Assembly (NCBI GenBank): GCA_963710605.1
Contig: CAVQBA010000005.1
Location: 96,001 to 160,000 of the forward strand
Source of the DNA: an uncultured cyanobacterium
Lineage (GTDB): Bacteria > Cyanobacteriota > Cyanobacteriia > Cyanobacteriales > Cyanobacteriaceae
Length of the DNA stretch: 64,000 nt
Reading direction: 5' to 3'
Shown: piece by piece, positions 11,415 through 21,900 of the stretch
How positions within the stretch are numbered: position 1 is the first letter of the stretch
Layout of the letters: each line of letters opens with the position of its first letter
Translations under genes and position numbers: made by a program
Notes under the pieces: model-generated
The model's input: only the letters and a program-made list of their open reading frames with translations
Told to the model about the DNA's origin: nothing
The model's database searches: none

Positions 11415-13619
11415 ATGAGTATCAATAAAACTACTCAAATTCTCAGTATTATCGAAAAGCGTCGCCCTCTCGCTCTGCAAATCAAAAATGTTGAGGATAA
11501 TCTTCGCTCTCTTATCAATACCTTAATCGATCTGGAAAGTTATAAAAACCAATTAATAACCAAAATTGATGAATCTCATATTGTCGGACGTTTACAAGAA
11601 ATAGATTGCTCAAAAATCCAAACCGAGATAGAAACCGAGTTATTAGCCTTAGCCAAACTAAAAGGACGTTTTGAACGTGATACTCTTAATATTGGTGTTA
11701 TCGGTAGAGCAAGACAGGGTAAAAGCCGTTTACTTCAAAGTCTGACAGGGCTAACTAGTGCGGAGATTCCTGATGGTGATTTACAAGATTGTACAGGTGT
11801 TCGCAGTACTATTCATCATAATGCCAATGTGGAAACTTATGGCGAAGTTTGGTTTTATTCAGTGCAATCGTTTCTTAATCAAATTATTATTCCTTATTAC
11901 GAAAAATTACAACTAGGTTCTCGTCCTGCTAATTTGGAAGTCTTTAAGCAAAATCCATTGCCACCATTACCAGAGAATTTGAAAGGATATGCTAACGCCG
12001 AAGCAATGTATGAGCATCTTAGACGTTATCACGAGCATTTCAATCGATATTCGTCTTTACTCCAAAGTACTTCTCCTCGCCGCATTAGTAAAGAGGAAAT
12101 AAGGCAATATGTTGCTCAAGATGATAGACAAGGAGAACGTATTTATCTCAATTATTTAGCGGTTAGAGATGTCAAAATCACTTGTCAGTTTCCTGATGAG
12201 CAAGTTGGTAAAATCGCCCTGATAGATATGCCGGGGTTAGGTGATACAGGAATAGGTGATGAAGAGCGTTTAGTTAAAACATTAGGAGAAGATGTCGATC
12301 TAGTTTTACTAGCAAGGATGCCTAAACCGGCGGGGGATTCTTGGACGAGAGAAGATACTCAGCTTTATGACTTAGCCAAAGATTCTTTGATTGAGTTACC
12401 TTTTGAGCAATGGTCTTTTTTAGTACTTAATCATCTTAAAGCACATCCTAAATATGGTGATAATTTTACCGCTTGTCAAGGGTTTGTACAAACGATGAGT
12501 CAAAAAGGAATCAATGTCGCTAATTATGTGATTGCCGATTGCTCTAACCAAGAAGAGGCAGGGGCATTATTAGATTTAATTTTAAATTATATGCAACAGC
12601 AAATAGTCGGTTTAGATCGTTTATATGCTCGTACTTGTCAAGAAAGATTGATGATGCTTCAGGCGACAGTAAATGCTGAGTTAGTTAAAGCACAAACTGT
12701 TTTAGGAGAGATAAGCGATCGAGATAAATGGTATCCTTTATTCTTGATGTTGTTTAATGATTTGTGGAGTAGTTTAACTAATAATTTAGAAAACTTGCTC
12801 GAAGAATTACGAGAAAAACGAGATCAACAAGATTGGGATTTCAAACAAAAAGTAGATAAAGCCTTAGAAGCTTGTCGGCAAGATACAGGTATTCCTGCGG
12901 TGACAGAAATTGAAAGAATCGGCAAACAAGAAAAAGGTTATCCTAATGCTTATTACCAATTACTTAATCAAATTCGTCCTCATTTATCACAACATTTTTT
13001 ATTACTTGACGAAGGATTAAAAAAAGGTATAGATAAAGTAAAAACTGAAGTCGCAGAAGTTATCGCCGATAGTGGTAGTTTACAAAATATGACTACTGCT
13101 ACTGAGATTGAATTTTTAGAGCAGATGACAGAATTAATTCCTGAATCTTTAACTCAACTAAAATTAGGATTTACAATTTTAACTAATTTTACTTTGCAAT
13201 ATCGAGGAATGATTCAACACCGTATTCGGCAACATTTAGATAACCTTGTACCGAACGAAACAGATTTACAATTATCGACTTCACCTACTGCTCAAGAAGT
13301 CTCAGATTTACTACATACAGCTCATGCTGAGGCTTTATATGCTTGTGAAGGGGCATTAGATGATTTGTTAGCTGAACCATCTCAGGCGGCGTTTGCGATC
13401 GTGGAGGAGTTTTTAGATCAAATTTTACGGGCAAAAGAGGCAAAAGATCAATGGCGTATTTTGACAGAAGAATTTCGATCGCAAATTTGGCGTGATCAAT
13501 TCACTCAATTAGGAGAAAAAACCCGAACCAGAAAACAATGGTTAGAGTTAGTGGCTACTGCTGTAAGTCATAATCAAATAAGTGCTTGGCAATTTTTAGA
13601 TATACGAGGAGAAAATTAA
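11415..13619 (+). CDS. Dynamin-like large P-loop GTPase
   Basis: G1 GRARQGKS, G2-like CTGVRS, G3 DMPGLGD; long helical N- and C-terminal regions. Confidence 0.8.
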   Translation: MSINKTTQILSIIEKRRPLALQIKNVEDNLRSLINTLIDLESYKNQLITKIDESHIVGRLQEIDCSKIQTEIETELLALAKLKGRFERDTLNIGVIGRARQGKSRLLQSLTGLTSAEIPDGDLQDCTGVRSTIHHNANVETYGEVWFYSVQSFLNQIIIPYYEKLQLGSRPANLEVFKQNPLPPLPENLKGYANAEAMYEHLRRYHEHFNRYSSLLQSTSPRRISKEEIRQYVAQDDRQGERIYLNYLAVRDVKITCQFPDEQVGKIALIDMPGLGDTGIGDEERLVKTLGEDVDLVLLARMPKPAGDSWTREDTQLYDLAKDSLIELPFEQWSFLVLNHLKAHPKYGDNFTACQGFVQTMSQKGINVANYVIADCSNQEEAGALLDLILNYMQQQIVGLDRLYARTCQERLMMLQATVNAELVKAQTVLGEISDRDKWYPLFLMLFNDLWSSLTNNLENLLEELREKRDQQDWDFKQKVDKALEACRQDTGIPAVTEIERIGKQEKGYPNAYYQLLNQIRPHLSQHFLLLDEGLKKGIDKVKTEVAEVIADSGSLQNMTTATEIEFLEQMTELIPESLTQLKLGFTILTNFTLQYRGMIQHRIRQHLDNLVPNETDLQLSTSPTAQEVSDLLHTAHAEALYACEGALDDLLAEPSQAAFAIVEEFLDQILRAKEAKDQWRILTEEFRSQIWRDQFTQLGEKTRTRKQWLELVATAVSHNQISAWQFLDIRGEN

Positions 13620-13622
13620 TCA

Positions 13623-14612
13623 ATGCAAGAATTACAAGTAACCATGTTAGGTCCTAGCGGGGTCGGTAAAACAACGCTTTTAACCGCAGTTTACGATCAA
13701 TTTGAAGAAAATATTGGAGCGACTGATTTAGAGTTTAAACCTGATGACGAAAGTTTGGGTATTATTGATGATAATTTGATTGCTTTAAAAAGTTTAACCG
13801 ACGTTTATGAAGCCAAAGGTAGAACAGGAATTGAAGGTACAGAAGCGATCGCAGGTCCTGAATCTTTACGCTCTTTTTTATTCGGTTTAGGCAAAAAAGC
13901 TCAAACACCATCAATGCAAATCCGTTTTCGTGATTATCCCGGTGGTTATCATGAATCAACCGCTTCTGGTAGTGAAAGAAAATTTGTCAAGGAGTTGTTA
14001 TCCGAATCGGCTGCTGTTTTAATAGCGATCGATGCACCTGCTTTAATGGAGCGTAATGGGAAATATCATAATCAAATTAATCGTCCTGATCAAATCAAAG
14101 ATCTTTTTCGTTTAGCGTATCAAGACTTAGACTCTCCTCGTTTAGTTATTTTCGCCCCGATTAAATGTGAAAAATATCTAAGGAATAAAAAGTCAACTCA
14201 AGAATTAATCGATCGAGTTAAAGAAGGATACGATCGACTTATTAATTATTTTAATGCCGAACAACTTAGCCCTCATATCGTTAGTGTTGTTACACCTGTG
14301 CAAACAGTCGGTAGTGTTGTCTTTTCTCGTTTAGAAGTTGATGAGGATAATAACCCTCGTTTTTTCTTTCGTAAAGTCAAACATGATGCAGAATATAACC
14401 CCCAAGACAGTGAACAACCGCTACGTTACTTATTGCGATTTTTACTCGCACTGCATCTTAAACAACGTAATACATGGGGAATATTTAACTTTTTAAGAGA
14501 TTGGTTAAAATTAGATGATCATCTTAAAGATGCCGTCGCTCAATTTGCTAGAGGTTGCAAAACTAACAATGGTTTTGAAGTCTTAAAAGGAGAAAGTTTA
14601 CTTAAAATTTAA
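13623..14612 (+). CDS. TRAFAC-class GTPase domain protein
   Basis: G1 GPSGVGKT, G3 DYPG, G4-like PIKCE; starts 3 bp after the large GTPase stop. Confidence 0.8.
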   Translation: MQELQVTMLGPSGVGKTTLLTAVYDQFEENIGATDLEFKPDDESLGIIDDNLIALKSLTDVYEAKGRTGIEGTEAIAGPESLRSFLFGLGKKAQTPSMQIRFRDYPGGYHESTASGSERKFVKELLSESAAVLIAIDAPALMERNGKYHNQINRPDQIKDLFRLAYQDLDSPRLVIFAPIKCEKYLRNKKSTQELIDRVKEGYDRLINYFNAEQLSPHIVSVVTPVQTVGSVVFSRLEVDEDNNPRFFFRKVKHDAEYNPQDSEQPLRYLLRFLLALHLKQRNTWGIFNFLRDWLKLDDHLKDAVAQFARGCKTNNGFEVLKGESLLKI

Positions 14613-14631
14613 CTTGAAATAGTATAAAAGC

Positions 14632-14665
14632 GATCCCCCTAAATCCCCCTTAAAAAAGGGGACTT
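14632..14665 (+). repeat. Cyanobacterial small dispersed repeat (CCCCCTTAAAAAAGGGG type)
   Basis: gatccccctaaatcccccttaaaaaaggggactt; related copies near 5117, 45449 and 47780. Confidence 0.7.
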
Positions 14666-14963
14666 GAAAATAAGAAATTTATTTTATAATGAACGCAAAT
14701 AGTATTCAAAAGCGATCGTTTACAATCAACTCTCTCCCTCTCCCTCTTCCTCTCTTTTCTCTGCGTACTCAGCGTACTCTGCGGTTTAACATCACAAACA
14801 ATAAACATCATCAATCAGTTCATTTTATGTAGATAATAATTATAGCTGTTCGTAAAATTATAAATACATATTTTTAGGGTGACTTTAAGCTAAAGAGTTT
14901 ATAGCTTATAGCTAAAAACAAGATAATTAATACATAACTTCATATAAATATAAATTACCAATC

Positions 14964-16046
14964 ATGACAATATACATTCAAAGTCGAGGTAAACCACAAC
15001 CTAAAGACTATAAATGGCAAAAAGTAAGAGCGAATAATTTAATATTTGAAAGATCCACCTATACTAAAAAGAATAAAAGTAGGAGAATTAATCGAAAGTA
15101 AAAAATATTCTCTTGTTGTCGCCAGAAACGATCGTGAATTAGTTTTTTTGGTGACAGGTTTATCATAGCGACAGAATTGATTATCAAAATCGGCAGATTC
15201 GTAATACTTTGGCTTGGGTAGAAATGGATACACCTGAAAATGAACAAATTATTCGCTCTCTTGCGGTATTGGCTTTAACTAATCCTCAGTTATTAGAAGA
15301 TAAAGTCAATCAAAGCGTTATGGAAACTGATATAGTGGTAATCATGATTATCCTTTTGAAGTCGATCGAGAGCAAATATGAGCAATTACCTTATATTGTA
15401 GATGTCCAAAATAATGATAATGCCAATTTGAATAATTACTTTGGTAACAGTAGCTTAGAATTGCAAACTCAAATTGGTTTAGAGTTACAAGATAATTGTT
15501 TGCCTCATCGAGATGGTATCTTGGTTCTACTAACTACTTTAAAAACTGAATCTAGCTTACAAAATTATCAAGTATGGCGTGGTTTATCAACCAAAATTCC
15601 TAATCAAGAATTGAGATTAGTTAAAACTCAAGCATCACAAATCGAAAAAAAAAAGCCAATACTGGTCACTACTCCTCTTACAGTACGATCGTATTACTAA
15701 TTCTAATTTTCGGTTAAATCCTCAGCCAAATAGCGAGTCAGTAGAGAACAATAATAATCCTCTTGACTGGGAAAATGTCTTTGATGAGGTAACACAATTT
15801 TTTAATAAAGGATTGGATGTTAATAGCTTAGAGAAACAACAAAAAGAAGAGTTATATTGCTTAGTGGAATTGATGAGTAAATTAATTCGATTAAAACAAA
15901 AAGCAAGTAGAGGAAAACTAAATCAACAAGATTTACAAGTGCTAGAACAAACTCATCAGGTAGTCTTAAAATATCATCGTTCGATCGTCCAAATATTGCA
16001 AACTAATAACGATAACTCTAATTGCGATCGAGAATGGATTCCGTGA
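14964..16046 (+). pseudogene. Third gene of the GTPase operon, broken by several indels (or sequencing errors); predicted N-domain, TM helix and C-terminal helical domain
   Basis: Fragments join across frames: MTIYIQSRGKPQPKDYKW... / EDPPIL...YSLVVARNDRELVFLVTGLS / SDRIDYQNRQIRNTLAWVE (ORF 15209) ... A10 tract / SQYWSLLLL..IVLLILIF / LNPQ... (ORF 15813). Confidence 0.65.
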
Positions 16047-16071
16047 ATATAAACCGATCGATATCAATACC

Positions 16072-16100
16072 GTAGGGGTTGAACACTGTTCAACCCTTAT
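16072..16100 (+). repeat. GTAG-type REP-like palindrome
   Basis: gtaggggttgaaca-c-tgttcaacccttat. Confidence 0.7.
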
Positions 16101-16228
16101 TGTTTAATGACAAATCCTTAAGGGTGGGAATAATACAAATTACAACAAAATTAATAATTTTTTGCAAGTATTAACGCGATCGCATTAGAATTGTAATAGG
16201 TATGATACCGAAAATAATTAAGGAAATA

Positions 16229-18160
16229 ATGACTAACAGTTCAACAGTAGAGAAAAAAACCTCAAAAGCAGAAAAAAGAAAAGAGGATAGTAATTTTTTA
16301 AGAGAGCCAGTCGCCACCGAATTAAAGCAAGATACAACCCATTTTACTGAAGATGGGCTTCAAATTCTTAAATTTCATGGCTCTTATCAACAAGATAATC
16401 GTGACAATCGTAAAAAAGGGCAAGAAAAAGATTATCAATTCATGTTACGTACTCGTAGCCCAGGTGGATTTATTCCCCCAGAATTATACCTAACCCTCGA
16501 TCGATTATCTGAAGAATATGGTAATCATACTTTAAGAGCAACCACCAGACAAGGTTATCAAATCCACGGTATTCTCAAAAAAGATCTCAAACCAGTGATC
16601 AGTAATATCGTTAAAAGTATGGGTTCTACCTTAGGTGCTTGTGGCGATCTCAACCGTAACGTCATGGCACCTCCCGCTCCTTTTAGAGACCGTCCTGAGT
16701 ATCGATATGCTTTAGAATACGCCGATAAAATAGCTGATCTTTTAACTCCTCAAACAGATGCTTATTATGAGATTTGGTTAGATGGAGAAAAAGCGATTAC
16801 AGCAGAAGAAGCACCTGAGGTTAAAGCCGCACGAGAAAAAAATGGTACAGGAACAGTTTTTCATGATAATCCTGAACCAATTTATGGTACTTACTATATG
16901 CCTCGTAAGTTCAAATGTGGGATAACTGTACCAGGAGATAATTCGATCGATGTTTATACTAACGATTTGAGCTTGGTTGTTATTACTAACTCTAAAGGTG
17001 AACTACAAGGCTTTAATGTTCTAGCAGGTGGTGGTTTAGGGCGTACTCATCGCAAAGAACAAACTTTTGCTCGTACAGCTGATGAAGTCGGTTTTGTTGC
17101 TAAAGACGATATTTACGATTTAGTTAAAGCTGTCATTGCTACTCAAAGAGATTATGGCGATCGTGTCGATCGTCGTCATGCTCGTTTAAAATATTTAATG
17201 AACGATTGGGGTGTAGAAAAATTCCGTACCAAAGTTGAAGAATATTTAGGCAAAAAACTCAAACCTTATAAAAAACTTCGTAAATGGAAATATGAAGACT
17301 ATTTAGGTTGGTACGAACAAGGAGATGGTAAACTCTTTTTTGGTGTATCTGTCGAAAATGGACGCATCAAAAATGAAGGCAAATTCCAACTTAAACAAGC
17401 CTTAAAAGATGTCATCGAAAAATATAACTTACCAACTCGTTTGACACCTAATCATAATATTGTTCTTTACGAAATTGAGCCTCAATGGCAAGAAGATATT
17501 AATAATATCTTTTTAAATCATGGTATTATTATTGATCCTAAAGATATCAATCATTTAACTCGTTATACCATGGCGTGTCCTGCTCTACCTACTTGTGGTT
17601 TAGCAACAACCGAATCAGAAAGAATTATCCCTAATGTTACCGAAAGAATCGATATTTTATTAGCTAAACTAGGTATCGCTAAAGAAACCTTCGTAATCCG
17701 TATGACAGGATGTCCTAATGGATGTGCTAGACCATATATGGCAGAATTAGGTTTTGTCGGTGATTCCCCTAATGTGTACCAAATGTGGCTTGGTGGATGT
17801 CCAAATCAAAGCCGTTTGGCTAGAACTTATGTTGATAAACTTCATCTTGATGATTTAGAAACCTTTTTAGAGCCTTTACTTGTCTTTTTCCGTAATGATA
17901 AAAAAAGAGGTGAAAGTTTCGGTGATTTTTGTAATCGGGTTGATTTTCCTGCTCTTAAAGAATACCAAGAAAAATACGATCCTTCTATGGCTCAATTGTC
18001 TCAAGGTAGAAAATCTCAGCAAAAAAGAAACGAACATCGTATTAGCGTCAATGAACAATGGTATCAAAAATTAAAAACTATTGCCGGGGAAGAAAATAAA
18101 GCAATGAGTCAAATCGTTTCTGATGCTCTAGATGCTTATTTTTCATCAACCACAGATTAA
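16229..18160 (+). CDS. sir: Ferredoxin-dependent sulfite reductase
   Basis: [31 protein letters not shown]; siroheme/4Fe-4S motifs [12 protein letters not shown] and [15 protein letters not shown] before ATG 16229. Confidence 0.96.
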   Translation: MTNSSTVEKKTSKAEKRKEDSNFLREPVATELKQDTTHFTEDGLQILKFHGSYQQDNRDNRKKGQEKDYQFMLRTRSPGGFIPPELYLTLDRLSEEYGNHTLRATTRQGYQIHGILKKDLKPVISNIVKSMGSTLGACGDLNRNVMAPPAPFRDRPEYRYALEYADKIADLLTPQTDAYYEIWLDGEKAITAEEAPEVKAAREKNGTGTVFHDNPEPIYGTYYMPRKFKCGITVPGDNSIDVYTNDLSLVVITNSKGELQGFNVLAGGGLGRTHRKEQTFARTADEVGFVAKDDIYDLVKAVIATQRDYGDRVDRRHARLKYLMNDWGVEKFRTKVEEYLGKKLKPYKKLRKWKYEDYLGWYEQGDGKLFFGVSVENGRIKNEGKFQLKQALKDVIEKYNLPTRLTPNHNIVLYEIEPQWQEDINNIFLNHGIIIDPKDINHLTRYTMACPALPTCGLATTESERIIPNVTERIDILLAKLGIAKETFVIRMTGCPNGCARPYMAELGFVGDSPNVYQMWLGGCPNQSRLARTYVDKLHLDDLETFLEPLLVFFRNDKKRGESFGDFCNRVDFPALKEYQEKYDPSMAQLSQGRKSQQKRNEHRISVNEQWYQKLKTIAGEENKAMSQIVSDALDAYFSSTTD

Positions 18161-18204
18161 TAATCGATCGTTAATTTTTAATTGAAGAATTATATTTCAC
18201 TTTT

Positions 18205-18232
18205 AAAGCCCTATAATTTGGGGCTTTTTTTT
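18205..18232 (+). terminator. Intrinsic terminator after sir
   Basis: AAAGCCC-tataatttg-GGGCTTT followed by a T-run. Confidence 0.7.
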
Positions 18233-18906
18233 GGACGATCGAGCGGAAGGCTTGGCACTGTGCGATCGAGTTTTTAAGCTTTAATATTACTCTATTTGAA
18301 CAACTAAAATATTCAATAAATATTATTTTTATCCGTTTTTTTAAGTTACTCAAAAAATATCTTTACTCAAACTCAAATTGATTATAACCATACTTATATT
18401 TAGCTAAAGGATATTTTAATTAATCAACGGGTAAATTTAGTTTAAATGATTGATACATTCAATAATTATTTTACTTTTTCCCTTTGCCCTTAGCACGAGT
18501 GCCCCTTGTGCTATATCTAAATCAGCTAATTATTGAAGTAATTAATTAACTCATCAATAGAATTTAAAACCGATCGCTATGTTTGTAAGTGAAAATATTA
18601 TTAATTCTGCCTAAGCTCTTTAAATATATAAAAGAAAAAACACTACAAATATTATTGATTTATCGATTCTTAACTAGTACATAGTTTCGTCAGTTGAGTA
18701 AATTTAATTCGAGCTATTAGATCGACAATTATACCAACATAAAATTATTGAGTTTCTCAATTTAACAATTGTTTTAATGATTTTAAACTGTAAAAAATAA
18801 TACAAATCACTAATTAATATTAGTTAAAATTTATGATAACTTTTAAACAATGCAAGAAATTTGCTAAAGTGAATAAAATTGTTGTAATTTTAAGACAAGA
18901 TAAACT

Positions 18907-21900
18907 GTGATTAACCGAGATTCTATACCATTATTTATCTTTCATACGCAAAAGGCAATTTCTTCATTTATAAATAATGAAATTTTTACGGCTAACTTAC
19001 ATCTAAATCAAGCTAAAGAATATATCGATCGTGTCAATATCGATCAAATACGTGAATCGTACTTTTGTTTTTATGATTCTTTAGTAGCTATCGCCATGAT
19101 AGATAACAATGAGACTGATTGGTTATCGCAACAAGAAAAAGTCGAAGCAAATCAAAATCAGTTACTACAATTTAACCAAGACTTTGACCATAATTATTTA
19201 TCTCAGTGGCAATTAGTAGAAGCCGAAAAATATCGAATTATCGATCAAAAATTAGAAGCGATCGAATTATACGACAATGCTATCGCTACAGCAAAAGAAA
19301 AAGAAGATTTTTTAATCGAAGCCTTAGCTAACGAGTTAGCCGCCAAATTTTATCTAGCTTGGGGAAAAACAAAAATAGCTAAAGTATATTTAAAAGAGGC
19401 TTATGATTACTACCATAGTCAAGGTTTAATCGCTAAAATTGTTTATTTAGCTCAATATTATTCCGAATTACTCAACCCCAGCATTAATCATTTTTTGGAT
19501 TCAGAAGATGGTTGTTATATACCTACTGATATTAGCCCTGTTGGTATTTATCATTGTGATGCTCAAGGGCAATGTATTTATGCTAATTCCAAAACTAGAG
19601 AATTAAAAGGCTTAACTCTAAAAGAAATCTTAAATGATGGTTGGACAAAAAGATTACATCCAGACGATCGTTTACCTGTGTATAATAGTTGGCTTTCTTT
19701 TGTCAAGCAATCTAAACTAAACTTAAACTTAGAATTTAAACAGGAAATGCGTTTTATTCATCCTGAAAAAGGTCTAGTTTGGATTTACTCACAAGCAATG
19801 GCTCAACGGAATGAAAAAGGAGAAGTAACGGGTTTTATCGGTATTTCTGTTGATATAACTGACGTTAAAGAATTAGAAATTGTTCAACAAACTTCGGCGA
19901 ACAAACTCGAAGATATTCTTGACAATAGTGCGGCAGTTATTTCTTGTTTCCATCTATATCCTGATTTGAGTTGGCAATATCAATATTATTCTGAGGGTAG
20001 CAAAAGTATCTTCGGTTACAGTCATTCAGAATTGTTAGCCGACCAAAAGTTATGGCTTTCTCGAATTATACCTGAAGACATAGAAAATACTATTTTTCCG
20101 AGTCTCAAATCGACTCAAGAGAAAAGAATCAGTACAGGAAATCTTGTTTTTCGTTTTCGACATAAAGATAATTCGATTCGTTGGATTAGTGAAAGTTTTA
20201 CTGCCAGACAGCATTTAGAGCAAGACTGTTTAATTGTCACGACTATTAGTATTGATATTACGGCTAAAAAACAAGCCGAAGAAGCCCTCAAGCATTCAGA
20301 AGCAAAATTACGATCGATTTTAGAAAATGCCCCTAATTATATTATCCAAGTCGATCGACAACACAATATTTTATTTATTAATCGTTTAGGAGAAGGATAT
20401 ACTTTAGAAAGCGTAATTGGTCATAGTGTGGAAGAATTTACTCTTCCTCAAAGTCACGAAATTCAAGCAGAAGCGATCGCTCAAGTATTTGATACAGGTA
20501 AAACACAAACAGTAGAAATTGAGGCACTTGGAGACAACCAAGTCAAGGCTGTTTACGAAACAAAATTTGTACCTGTGATCAAAAATCAACAGGTAGAATC
20601 AGTAATTATAATGGCAACGGATATTACTGCCAGAAAACAAGCACAAGCAACGATCGAAAATTTGGTTATCGATACATCCTCAGTCACAGGAGAAAACTTT
20701 TTTCCTGTCTTAGCTCAACAAATTGCTCAAACATTACAGATATCTGATGTTTTAGTCTCCCGTAAAAATAACCAACAACTAGAAACTCTAAGTTGGTATA
20801 GCAATGGTGAGATAAAAGACAATTGTGTTTATCCCATTTGTCATAGCCCCTGCGAAACAACCATCGAACAATCAAGCCATTACTGTATCCAAAATGTACA
20901 GCAACAGTATCCTCAAGATCGAGAATTAAAGGATATGAATGCCGAAAGTTATATGGGAGTAGCATTAAAAAACAAAACAGGAGAGGTAATTGGGGTATTA
21001 TGTATTTTCGATCGACAACCTTTACCAAAAAATTATCTATTTATTCAAAATATCTTAAAAATTTTTGGTACTCGTGCCGCCGCAGAATTAGAAAGACTAG
21101 AAGTAGAAGAGGCTTTACGTAATCTCAATCAGGAATTAGAAGAAAGAATCAATCGACGTACTTTAGCATTAGCTAGCTCACAAAAAGATTTGAGAACTAT
21201 TTTTAACAGTGTTGATGAAGCAATTTTTATTCATGATTGGCAAGGGAATATTTTAGATGTTAACGCACGAGGATTAGAATTATTTACGACGACTAAAAAA
21301 CAAATTTCTCAAATGACATTTGTTCAATTATTACAACCGCCCTTCACAGAAAAACAACTATCCGATAATTATCAAAAATTAAAACAAGGAGAAAACCTAA
21401 ATTTAGAGTGGCAAGCAAAACGTCCTTATGATAACTTTATTTTTGAGGTAGAGGTATCTTTAAAAAAAATTACCATTAACAATATTGACATAGTTTTAGC
21501 AGTAGTAAGAGATATAACCAAGCAAAAACAAGCAAAAGTGCAATTACAAGAATCTCGTAATATGTTGAAGTTGGTGTTAGACACTATTCCTCAAAGAGTT
21601 TTTTGGAAAGATCTTAATTTAAAATATTTAGGTTGTAATTCTACCTTTGCTCAAGATACTAATTTAACCTGTGAAGAAATTATTGGGAAAAGTGATTTTG
21701 ATTGTATTTGGAAAAATTGGGCTCAAAGATATGAAGATGATGATGCAATAGTAATAAATAGTCTTATTCCCAAATTAAATTATGAAGAACCAACATTTAT
21801 TAATAATGATCAAAAAAGATGGGTACGAACTAGTAAAATACCTTTAACTAATAGCCAAAATGAAGTTATTGGTGTTTTAGGTTGTTACGAAGATATTACC

